NCBI GenBank assembly: GCA_051955985.1
Contig: JBQCGD010000138.1
Coordinates: 15,786-79,785 of the forward strand
DNA length: 64,000 nt
From: Phycisphaerae bacterium
Lineage (GTDB): Bacteria > Planctomycetota > Phycisphaerae > WQYP01
Direction of reading: 5' to 3'
Position 1 is the stretch's first letter, and each line of letters starts with the position of its first letter. Made by a program: the position numbers and the translations under genes. This document shows, in pieces, positions 19,107-27,707 of this stretch. Below the pieces are notes generated by a model, which was not told where the DNA came from, did no database searches, and worked only from the letters and a program-made list of their open reading frames with translations.

Positions 19107-20354
19107 CTATCCCACCCACGTCAACCACCCAATGCCCATGGCCAGCGTGATCAGCGTCACCGGCACCCCTGCCTTGCAGTATTCCCCAAAGCTCACCTCG
19201 ACCCCCTGACGCCGCGAGTTTTCCACGACGATCAGGTTGGCCACCGACCCGAGCACGGTCAGGTTTCCCGCGAACGTGCTGCTCATCGCCAGGGCGAGCC
19301 ACCCTGTTTGCTGCGACCCCGCGGGGAGGGCCCGCATCACCGGTTCAAACAGCAGCACGGCGGGCACGTTGCTTACCAGGTTCGATAGCGCCGCACACGC
19401 GATGCTCAGCAAATCCACGGGATGCGACAGCAGCAGATGCCACTTTTCCACGCCCCATCCGCTCACCACGTGCATCTGAAACGCATGCACCACGATGAAC
19501 AATCCGACAAACATCAGGAGCAGGCTCCAATCGACCTCGCGATAAATCCGCCACGGCTTCACGCGTCCCAGCATCAGGAACGCCGCGGCCGCCACGGCGA
19601 CAATGGCAATCGGAAGGCCTGTGAAGAAGAGGATCACCGTCGCGAGCGCCACGATCCCGCTCTTCCACCGCAAGTACACGTGGGGCCGCCGCTCCCGCAG
19701 ACGCGTGCTGCGGCCGATTTCGCCCGCGATCGGCAATTCGTCCCGCTGAAGTGCCCGGCGATAGCAGAGCCAGATCACAAAATAATCCACCACCAGCCCT
19801 ATCAGGGCCACCGGCATCAGGTGCAGGGCAAAGGTCACGTACGGAATGTGCGAGTGCGCCCCGATGAACATGTTCTGCGGGTTCCCCGTGATCGTTCCGG
19901 TCGATCCGATATTGGCCGCCGTCGCCAGGCCGATGAGGTGCGGCACGGGCTCATACCGCAGTTTCTTGGTCAGATGGAGCACGAGGGGCGTCATCGCAAG
20001 GCAGACGATGTCATTCACCAGAAACGCCGACAGCACTCCGGAAAGCAGGATCACCATTGCGAGCAGTCCGCGCGGCGAGCGGATGCGCTCCAGCGACCAC
20101 TCTGCGAGCCGCACGAAAAAGCCGCTCATCCGCAGAAACCCCACCACCACCATCATCCCAAACAGGAGGAACAGCGTTTCGTAATCAATTGAGTCGTGGC
20201 GCGTCGCCTGCTGAAGGGTGATCACGCCGGTGCACAACATTGCTGCCGCACCGACAAAGGCGATCCCTGCGCGATCGATCCGCAGCTTTGGAAACCTCCC
20301 CGCCGCCAGCCCGGCATATGTCACCGTAAAAAGGCCGGTGGTCACCCACCACAT
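19107..20354 (-). CDS. ArsB/NhaD/SLC13-family anion transporter
   Basis: IDRAGIA, IDYETLFLLFGMM, LSAFLVND, ANIGSTGTITGNPQN, LVSNVPA, STFAGNLTVLGSVANLIV. Confidence 0.9.
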   Translation of the reverse strand: MWWVTTGLFTVTYAGLAAGRFPKLRIDRAGIAFVGAAAMLCTGVITLQQATRHDSIDYETLFLLFGMMVVVGFLRMSGFFVRLAEWSLERIRSPRGLLAMVILLSGVLSAFLVNDIVCLAMTPLVLHLTKKLRYEPVPHLIGLATAANIGSTGTITGNPQNMFIGAHSHIPYVTFALHLMPVALIGLVVDYFVIWLCYRRALQRDELPIAGEIGRSTRLRERRPHVYLRWKSGIVALATVILFFTGLPIAIVAVAAAAFLMLGRVKPWRIYREVDWSLLLMFVGLFIVVHAFQMHVVSGWGVEKWHLLLSHPVDLLSIACAALSNLVSNVPAVLLFEPVMRALPAGSQQTGWLALAMSSTFAGNLTVLGSVANLIVVENSRRQGVEVSFGEYCKAGVPVTLITLAMGIGWLTWVG

Positions 20355-20502
20355 CGCGCGCTCACCCAAGCCGATCTCCTCGCAAAGTCCCGCCCGTCCG
20401 CCCCACGGCGCGTGCCAATACTAGGTGCCCGGCCCCTCCGTCGCAATGCGCCGCGTGCAGGCACAACTTGCCCCCCCCACCGCCACCCCTATACTTTCTC
20501 GC

Positions 20503-21909
20503 ATGAGCAAAGCACCCTCCATCCGCGTTCTCATTGTTGATGACGAAATCGACCATGCCGACGTCATGGCCGAGGCCGTCGCCCGCATGGGTTATTCCGT
20601 CAAGCAGGCGCACAACCTCGCCGACGCCAAGCGGTTTTTCACCGAGGACGAGTTCGATTTGGTGATTACCGACCTTCGCATGGATACGCCCAACGACGGG
20701 TTTGACCTGCTTCAGTTCGTCCGCCGGGCCCGGCCGCAGACAGAGGTGATCGTCGTCACCGCCCATGGCGATGTTCACACGGCCGTGCAGGCGATGCGCA
20801 ATGGTGCGTATGACTTCATCCAGAAGCCGCTCGATCTCGAGGTGATTCGCACGCAGGTGCGGCGCGCTGCGGAGAAGATTCTTCTTGCGCGGAAAAACCA
20901 GGAGCTCTCGGACGCCCTCGATCAGCGTTTCGGGATCCACGGCATCATTGGCCAATCGGAGCCGATGAAGCGCATCCTCCAGCTCATCGCCCAGATCGCG
21001 CCCACTGACATCAACGTCCTCATCCTCGGCGAGTCGGGCACCGGAAAGGAGCTCGTCGCCCGTGCGCTGCACCAGAATTCCCGGCGACGCGCCAGCCGCT
21101 TTGTCGCCCTCAATTGTGCCGGCCTGAATGAATCCACCCTCGAAGACGAACTCTTCGGTCACGTGCGCGGCGCCTTCACCGACGCCCGCGGCGACCGGGA
21201 GGGCCGCTTCGAATACGCCGACGGCGGCACGCTGTTCCTTGACGAAATCGGCGACATGCCGCTCACCATGCAGGCCAAACTACTGCGCGTGCTGCAGGAC
21301 CGGGAGATCACGCGGCTGGGGTCGAATGATCCGATCAAGGTGGATGTGCGATTCCTGTCGGCGACGAACAAGGACCTTCTGCAGGCGGTGCGCGACAAAA
21401 CGTTCCGGGAGGATCTCTACTTCCGGATCAAAGGGGCGGTGATCGAGCTTCCGCCGCTGCGTGATCGGCGCGACGACATTCCGCTGCTCATCAACCACGT
21501 CATCTCGCGTGCCCCCGAGAAGCTTGGCAAGAAAATCGAAGGCATCGACGCTCCCGCCAAGAACGCCCTCGTCGCCTACAACTGGCCGGGGAATGTGCGC
21601 GAGCTCGAGAACACCGTTGAAAACATGATCGTGCTCGCCCAGGGCCCCAAGCTCACGCTGGCGGATGTTCCGCCGAACATCACCGGCCACTCCCCCACCG
21701 CCACCACCGCGATCATCCACGCCCCGCAAACCAGCGCTCCGACCACCGCCATCACGCTCGCGGGCAAGAACCTCGCCGATCTCGAAAAACAGGCCATTGA
21801 AGAGACGTTAAACGCCGTCCACGGCAACCGGGAACAAGCGGCCAAGATCCTCGGCATTGGCGAACGCACGTTGTATCGGAAGATCAAGGAATATGGGCTG
21901 AAGGAGTGA
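20503..21909 (+). CDS. Sigma-54-dependent response regulator (NtrC/AtoC family)
   Basis: REC domain (VDDE, TDLRM, KP), GESGTGKE, ELFGHVRGAFTDA (GAFTGA-like), WPGNVREL, Fis-type HTH. Confidence 0.93.
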   Translation: MSKAPSIRVLIVDDEIDHADVMAEAVARMGYSVKQAHNLADAKRFFTEDEFDLVITDLRMDTPNDGFDLLQFVRRARPQTEVIVVTAHGDVHTAVQAMRNGAYDFIQKPLDLEVIRTQVRRAAEKILLARKNQELSDALDQRFGIHGIIGQSEPMKRILQLIAQIAPTDINVLILGESGTGKELVARALHQNSRRRASRFVALNCAGLNESTLEDELFGHVRGAFTDARGDREGRFEYADGGTLFLDEIGDMPLTMQAKLLRVLQDREITRLGSNDPIKVDVRFLSATNKDLLQAVRDKTFREDLYFRIKGAVIELPPLRDRRDDIPLLINHVISRAPEKLGKKIEGIDAPAKNALVAYNWPGNVRELENTVENMIVLAQGPKLTLADVPPNITGHSPTATTAIIHAPQTSAPTTAITLAGKNLADLEKQAIEETLNAVHGNREQAAKILGIGERTLYRKIKEYGLKE

Positions 21910-22032
21910 GCAAAGAACACGGCTGCAGGTCCCTTCGGGGTTCAACTTGTTTGGTCCGTATCCAGGGGTTTCCTGCGGTCACCCCAGGCGACGATCGTGA
22001 GCCCCTATGGGGCGAATGAAGGAAAGCACTCA

Positions 22033-22512
22033 ATGTCCAACATCCGCATCGGCCTCGGTTACGATCTCCACCGCACCATCACCGGACGCCCGCTCGTCCT
22101 TGCCAACGTCGTCATTCCGCACGACCGGGGTCTCGACGGGCACTCGGATGCGGATGTTGTCCTGCATGCGCTTATCGACGCCATCACCGGGGCCGCGGGT
22201 CTTCCCGACGTTGGGCAGATGTTTCCCAACACCGATCCGAAATACAAGGGGATCGATTCGGCGGAACTTCTCAAGGGAACGATGGAGGAATTTGCCAAGA
22301 CCGGTTACCGGATCGTCAACACCGACATCATCGTGCTGGCGCAGAAGCCCAAGCTCTCGCCGCACAAGCCGGCGATGATCAAACGCCTTTCCGAACTCCT
22401 GCAGATCCGGGAAGACCAGATCAACATCAAAGGCAAAACGGGCGAATCGGTCGATGCCATCGGCGAGGAACGCGCCATTGGCTGCCACTGCGTGGTGCTC
22501 ATTGAAAAGTGA
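22033..22512 (+). CDS. ispF: 2-C-methyl-D-erythritol 2,4-cyclodiphosphate synthase
   Basis: IGLGYDLH, GHSDADVVLHA.IDA, GDVG-like PDVGQMFP, INIKGKT.E. Confidence 0.95.
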   Translation: MSNIRIGLGYDLHRTITGRPLVLANVVIPHDRGLDGHSDADVVLHALIDAITGAAGLPDVGQMFPNTDPKYKGIDSAELLKGTMEEFAKTGYRIVNTDIIVLAQKPKLSPHKPAMIKRLSELLQIREDQINIKGKTGESVDAIGEERAIGCHCVVLIEK

Positions 22513-22525
22513 AAGACGCCGATTC

Positions 22526-23461
22526 TCAGTTCTTGACGCCGGCAAGTTTCAGTGCCTGCGGAACCGACGTGTAGCCAAGCAGTGCCGCATTCGTCGAATG
22601 CCACGTCCACGCAAGCCAGGTCCGCTCCACGTTCCAGCGTGAGTTCAGGATTCCCAACGAATCCACCAGCCCGAGCACCTGGTGCACGTTCGTGAACTCC
22701 GGCGGGAACCAGATCGCCGCGCCGATCGTGACGATCATCAGTTTCCCATGCACCGGCTTTCCCGTGGCGGCCGATTCCTGGAGCAGCCCTTCCAGCGCAT
22801 TTTCAATCGAGTAGTTCCCTTTGCTGTGCCCCACCAGCAGCTTCACCTTGGGCCCTAGCGAAGAGAGGATATAGAGCAACGCCGTCGAGTCCGGGCACCC
22901 ATACAGGAATCCCTCGCTGATCCCGTTATCCGCGAATTGGGCCTTGATGGCCTCGTGCGACGGCTGATGCCGGACGTGGTCTTTCACCTGCGCCGCCTTC
23001 AGGGCAGTCGCGATTTCGTCGCGCTCAATATTGGCCTTGCCGAAGACAAACCATCCGCCCCAGGCCTCGGTGGCGACATCCGCCAGCCCCAACCCCGACA
23101 CGATCCCGGCCACGGGTTTCCCGAGGTAATCCGCCACATCACGCGCCAGGCTGGCCGTGCCCAAGGCTGAGCTTCCGACGCCTGCAACGACGATCGTCTC
23201 CACCGCCTGGCCGCTCCCGAGCTGCTCCTGTACGAATTCCGGCGAACGCAGTGCGCGAATCGGCGCGTTGGCTTTCGCCGGATGGACGATCAGCACCATC
23301 CCTTCCGGATCGATGTGCTGCGAAAGTTCGACCCGCTCGTCCGTCGCCAGCGACCCCGTGTCATAGAACACCCGATCCAGCGACGTATTCATGCTGCGCC
23401 AGAACGAAATGAACATGCGACGCGATCCTTCCTGCGCCTGATCAAATAATGAAGTCGTCAC
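22526..23461 (-). CDS. Hypothetical protein with alpha/beta-hydrolase nucleophile elbow
   Basis: LLVGHSKGN (GxSxG); VAGVGSSALG..LARDVAD; start approximate. Confidence 0.65.
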   Translation of the reverse strand: MTTSLFDQAQEGSRRMFISFWRSMNTSLDRVFYDTGSLATDERVELSQHIDPEGMVLIVHPAKANAPIRALRSPEFVQEQLGSGQAVETIVVAGVGSSALGTASLARDVADYLGKPVAGIVSGLGLADVATEAWGGWFVFGKANIERDEIATALKAAQVKDHVRHQPSHEAIKAQFADNGISEGFLYGCPDSTALLYILSSLGPKVKLLVGHSKGNYSIENALEGLLQESAATGKPVHGKLMIVTIGAAIWFPPEFTNVHQVLGLVDSLGILNSRWNVERTWLAWTWHSTNAALLGYTSVPQALKLAGVKN

Positions 23462-23642
23462 AAAAGCCCCCTTTTTCCGATGTCGTGTGATGAACCAACG
23501 ACAACTGCAGGAACGCCACGGCACTCCGACACGCCACCCCCTTTCGCCCGAAATGTATTCAGCTCCGCGTACTATTTTCCAAAACCATCTGCCCCCGTTC
23601 AATACAATTCCGAAAACCCCGCGATTTTGGGCGGATTCGCCC

Positions 23643-24572
23643 TCAACGGCATGACGCGATCGCCGTCGCCACCGCTTCCGGGCTTCCCACGATTCCTGAA
23701 AAATTACCCGGCACGCCTCTCCGCCCCCCCACCGCATCGATGATCCGCTGTGCGCACCATGCCGCCACCACGGGCGTCCAGGCGACCTTCTTCAACGGCA
23801 CCAGCGACGCGTAGGACTCCAGCAGCACCGAGCCGCGTAACTGATCAAACGTCCCGTCCGCTTTCACGCACAATCCCAGAAACGCGTCCACCACATCCTC
23901 CAGCGGACTGCCCCAGTGCAGCAGGCCCCAATCGACCATGGCGCGCAACTGGTGATCTGCATCGTGCATCAACGCCGCGGGCTGAACATCGCCATGCACC
24001 CAGCCGTTCTCCACCGCCACCGGCAACCCCATCAACCCCACCAGCCGCCCGATGGTTTCGCGTCCGATCGCCGGCACATTGGCGACCGGATGCTCGTCGC
24101 CGCCGGAAATTTCCCGCTCCAGGCGTATCGCCAGTTGCACCTTCTCCGGCGGCGCGGGGACCTGCTCGCGCAAGAGCCGATGCATCCACGCCAGCCGCAG
24201 CCCCACCTGCGACACATCATGTTCCGTGTATTGCTCCGGCGGCAGAGCGGAACCCGCCACCGCCAGCGACACCATCAGCCGGCCGTTCTGCAGACCCTCG
24301 CCCACGAAGCCGCCGCTTTTTGCCTTCATCCACGGCACGACGGTGAAGCGGTTGTCGTCGAGGGAATTGACGGCGCCCGCCATGAAGTCGAGTTGCTCTG
24401 CGGGATACGCCGCGGGGTACAGATACGCGAGGTACTCATTCTGCTGCGCCGTCAGCAGTTCAAATGTCGCCGCCTGCCGCCCGCGCGTTACCTGGCGAAA
24501 CCGGATGATCCGCCCGAGGCCGAACTGGCGGGCAAGCAATCCATTGAGCAAGTACGTCTGCTGATCATCCAT
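23643..24572 (-). CDS. Aminoglycoside/choline-kinase (APH) fold phosphotransferase, atypical
   Basis: WVHGDVQPAA and VDWG motifs; TATAAT 6 nt upstream of the ATG. Confidence 0.7.
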   Translation of the reverse strand: MDDQQTYLLNGLLARQFGLGRIIRFRQVTRGRQAATFELLTAQQNEYLAYLYPAAYPAEQLDFMAGAVNSLDDNRFTVVPWMKAKSGGFVGEGLQNGRLMVSLAVAGSALPPEQYTEHDVSQVGLRLAWMHRLLREQVPAPPEKVQLAIRLEREISGGDEHPVANVPAIGRETIGRLVGLMGLPVAVENGWVHGDVQPAALMHDADHQLRAMVDWGLLHWGSPLEDVVDAFLGLCVKADGTFDQLRGSVLLESYASLVPLKKVAWTPVVAAWCAQRIIDAVGGRRGVPGNFSGIVGSPEAVATAIASCR

Positions 24573-24627
24573 CGCCGCATTATAGCCCCGGTGCCGCAGG
24601 CAGGCGTGAGATCGAGGCCCACAATGC

Positions 24628-24658
24628 AAAAACAAAAGAACCCGTGCGAACACGGGTT
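24628..24658 (-). terminator. Intrinsic terminator downstream of the dienelactone hydrolase-like gene
   Basis: Minus strand aacccgtg-ttcg-cacgggtt followed by cttttgttttt. Confidence 0.75.
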
Positions 24659-24683
24659 TCGTGAAAACGACCGGATTGGTTGT

Positions 24684-25607
24684 TCACTCATCATCCGACT
24701 TCTTCGGCGCGGCCCGCAGCCATTTGGCCAGGAAATTCCGCGTGCGTTCTTCCGACTGCTGCGCCGCCATCGCGTTGTATCCCTGCCGCGTCGGCACAAG
24801 GAACCCGTGCCCCACGCCCGGGTAGCGCACCACGTTGTAGAACACGCCGTTTGGATTGTGCGACAGCCGCGATTCCAGCGCCTCGATCTGATCCGACGGC
24901 ACCTGCGGGTCGTTCGTGCCGTAAAAACTCAACAGCGGCGCGTGCAGGTTCAGCAGATCATCCACCGGTGAAATGGGGCGACTCTGCGAGGTGCTGCTGT
25001 AGATGATCCGGCCGTAGTAATTCACCGCCGCTGTCACGCGCAGATCGGTGCCCGCCATCATCATGGCATAGATGCCGCCCATGTCGTAGCCGACGATCCC
25101 GAGCGGCTGCCCGGCCGTCGGCTTCCCGTCCGCCTGCAGGTAATCAATTGCGCCGGAAATGTCCGACATCACCTGCTGGTCCGACGTCTGCTCGTAATCG
25201 AGGTATGCCTGCTGGGCGTTCACCCCGTGATCGGTGCTCGGAATCCGGGAATACAGGTTGGGCACCAGGACGGTATAGCCTTGTTTGGCGAGTTCATTCG
25301 CCTGCTTCTTTACCCAATCGGTCATGCCGAAAATATCCGGAACGACTACGATGGACGGGTGCGGCCCCCCGACCGCCGGATCGACCTGGTAGGCCTGGAT
25401 GTCATGCCCCTCACTTCGATAGGTGATCATTTGCCCGGGCTTGATGGCGGTGGTAATTGGCTTTCCGTAAGCCGCCGCCGGTTGCGACGTTGCGGCAGCC
25501 GCGGAAGCCTGCGGCGTCTCGTTCGCCGCCTGGGGCTGGGTTGCCTGACCGAAAGCCACTCCACCGCAAAGCAGGAGCGTTGCCGCCCAATATGTACGCA
25601 TAGCCAT
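24684..25607 (-). CDS. Secreted dienelactone hydrolase family protein with Asp at the nucleophile position
   Basis: Signal peptide; VVPDIFG, GYTVLVPNLY, GIVGYDMGG, YYG, YPGVGHGF. Confidence 0.85.
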   Translation of the reverse strand: MAMRTYWAATLLLCGGVAFGQATQPQAANETPQASAAAATSQPAAAYGKPITTAIKPGQMITYRSEGHDIQAYQVDPAVGGPHPSIVVVPDIFGMTDWVKKQANELAKQGYTVLVPNLYSRIPSTDHGVNAQQAYLDYEQTSDQQVMSDISGAIDYLQADGKPTAGQPLGIVGYDMGGIYAMMMAGTDLRVTAAVNYYGRIIYSSTSQSRPISPVDDLLNLHAPLLSFYGTNDPQVPSDQIEALESRLSHNPNGVFYNVVRYPGVGHGFLVPTRQGYNAMAAQQSEERTRNFLAKWLRAAPKKSDDE

Positions 25608-25840
25608 CTCCGACGAAAGCCCCGCCCGCTCAACCATGGACACGCGGCATGGGCGTGCTCACGGAGAGTTACGCGAATCCGGGCATGGCGGATTGAATCG
25701 CAGGGCCCCTACGCCAGAATGACGCACATTCGGCCTCAGAAGCGGCACCGCAATTGCCGATAAGGAGCGAATAGCCGCGGGTATGTGCCTTGGCTACACT
25801 TGGCCTATTGAGTCCCCCCACCCCTCGCGAGGTTTGTTGA

Positions 25841-27610
25841 ATGAAAACTGTCGTTCACGTCACGCACGAAGCCGTCCACAAAATCGGCGGCATCGGCGCC
25901 GTTCTCCATGGCTTGATCACTTCCAAAAGCTATCGCGGCGAGGTCGGCCGCGACATCCTGCTTGGGCCGCTCTTCTCCACGGAAGGCCCGATGGAGGGGC
26001 GCCTCCACGGCGGGAAAGTGCTCTATTCCGGCGTGGATGGCTACCGCGACACGCAATACGCCAACGACTTCGCCCGCATCGAGCACGAATTCGGCATCAA
26101 ACTCGTGTATGGAAAAAAGACCTTCCACGATCCGCTCACCGGCATCACGTCGGAACCGGAAGTGATCCTCGTGGACGTGCGCACCTACAATCCCGAAAAA
26201 ATGGGCGTGCTGAAATTCGTCCTCTTCCAGGATTACGGCATTGATTCCGGCAAGTACGAACACATCTGGGATTATGAGCAATACTGCCGGATCGCCGAGC
26301 CCGGCCTCGAAGCCATCCGCGCCATCGGCGCTTGCCAGAACGGGGACAAGCCGATCGTGCTCGCCCACGAGTACATGGGCATGCCGACCGCCCTCGCCGC
26401 GCGCTCCCGCTACCCGGGCCAGTTCCGGACGATCTTCTACGCCCACGAAGTCGCCACCATGCGGCGCATCGTCGAGGAGCACCCGGGTCACGACACGATG
26501 TTTTACAACGTGCTCGACAAGGCGCAGGCGAAGGGCGAGTACGTGGAGGACGTCTTCGGCTCGCAGAAGGGCTTTTACAAGCACCCGCTGGTCGAGGCGT
26601 CGCGCTATTGCGACAACATTTTTGCGGTCGGCGATTACGTCGTGAAGGAACTCCGGTTCCTGCGCAAGGAATTCAAGGACCTGCACATCGACCTCGCCTA
26701 CAACGGCGTGCCGGCGCGCACGCTCACGCCGGAAGAGCGGCAGAAATCGCGGCAGAAACTCCGCCAGTATTGCTGCAACGTGCTGGAATTCCAGCCCGAC
26801 TTCGTCTTCACGCACCTGACGCGCCTCGTGCCCTCCAAGGGGCTGTGGCGCGACATCCGTGTGCTCGAGCAGCTCGAAAAACACCTGGCGAAGGACAACA
26901 AGACCGCGGTGCTCTTCATCGGCTCGACCGAAACCATCGGCCGCGCTCCGCACGACATCGCCAACATGGAAAAATGGTACAAGTGGCCGGCCGCGCACCG
27001 CGAGGGGCATCCCGATCTGACCGGGGGCGAAGCCAACTTTTACGCCGGCGTCCAGGAATGGAACGCCAAGGCCCGCTTCGTCAAAATCATGTACATCAAC
27101 CAGTTCATCATCGACGACAAGACCCTCGGCGCCCGCGCGCCCAAGGGGATCGACTTCCTCGATTTCCGCAAAGGCTCCGATGCGGAATTCGGCCAATCGA
27201 TCTATGAACCCTTCGGCATCGCGCAGGTGGAGCCGATTTCGTTCGGCGGGATCTGCGTCTTCACGACGCTCTGCGGCTGCGCGGGCTTCGTGCACAAGGC
27301 CGCCGGCGAAAAGCCGACGCCCAACGCGATTCCCGTGGATTACACGAAGCTTCCCGAGAGCCTGAAGGGCCAGACGATCGCGGAACTGCTGAAGATGGAA
27401 AAGAAGACGCGGGACGAAATCGAGCAGAGCGTTGCCGCGGAAATCGCGGAGGAACTCTACAAGCGTCTGCCGCGCACGTCGCAGGATTTCGAACGCCTGA
27501 TCGCCGCCGGCGGAAAGATCGGCGCCGAAATGTCCTGGGATGCCGTTGCCCGCAACTACGTGCTGCCCGGCATGGAGCATGCCCTGAAAGGCAAGGGCGG
27601 CGCGAAATAA
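25841..27610 (+). CDS. Glycogen-synthase-like glycosyltransferase (GT3/GT4-like GT-B fold)
   Basis: THEAVHKIGGIGAV (KxGG), LAHEYMG, FYAHE, SIYEPFG. Confidence 0.7.
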   Translation: MKTVVHVTHEAVHKIGGIGAVLHGLITSKSYRGEVGRDILLGPLFSTEGPMEGRLHGGKVLYSGVDGYRDTQYANDFARIEHEFGIKLVYGKKTFHDPLTGITSEPEVILVDVRTYNPEKMGVLKFVLFQDYGIDSGKYEHIWDYEQYCRIAEPGLEAIRAIGACQNGDKPIVLAHEYMGMPTALAARSRYPGQFRTIFYAHEVATMRRIVEEHPGHDTMFYNVLDKAQAKGEYVEDVFGSQKGFYKHPLVEASRYCDNIFAVGDYVVKELRFLRKEFKDLHIDLAYNGVPARTLTPEERQKSRQKLRQYCCNVLEFQPDFVFTHLTRLVPSKGLWRDIRVLEQLEKHLAKDNKTAVLFIGSTETIGRAPHDIANMEKWYKWPAAHREGHPDLTGGEANFYAGVQEWNAKARFVKIMYINQFIIDDKTLGARAPKGIDFLDFRKGSDAEFGQSIYEPFGIAQVEPISFGGICVFTTLCGCAGFVHKAAGEKPTPNAIPVDYTKLPESLKGQTIAELLKMEKKTRDEIEQSVAAEIAEELYKRLPRTSQDFERLIAAGGKIGAEMSWDAVARNYVLPGMEHALKGKGGAK

Positions 27611-27707
27611 TTCGAACGAGCAGCGTTATCGAGAGGGTCGCGAGGGCTTGGCACGATCGCGGTGCATGCCGGCGCCCTGGGTGATGCAATGAACGCGCGG
27701 GATCTGC

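Noticed and set aside
20503-21909. Sigma-54 promoter targets of the NtrC-like regulator within the window
   Set aside because: I did not find a convincing TGGCAC-N5-TTGC element in the intergenic regions I read.
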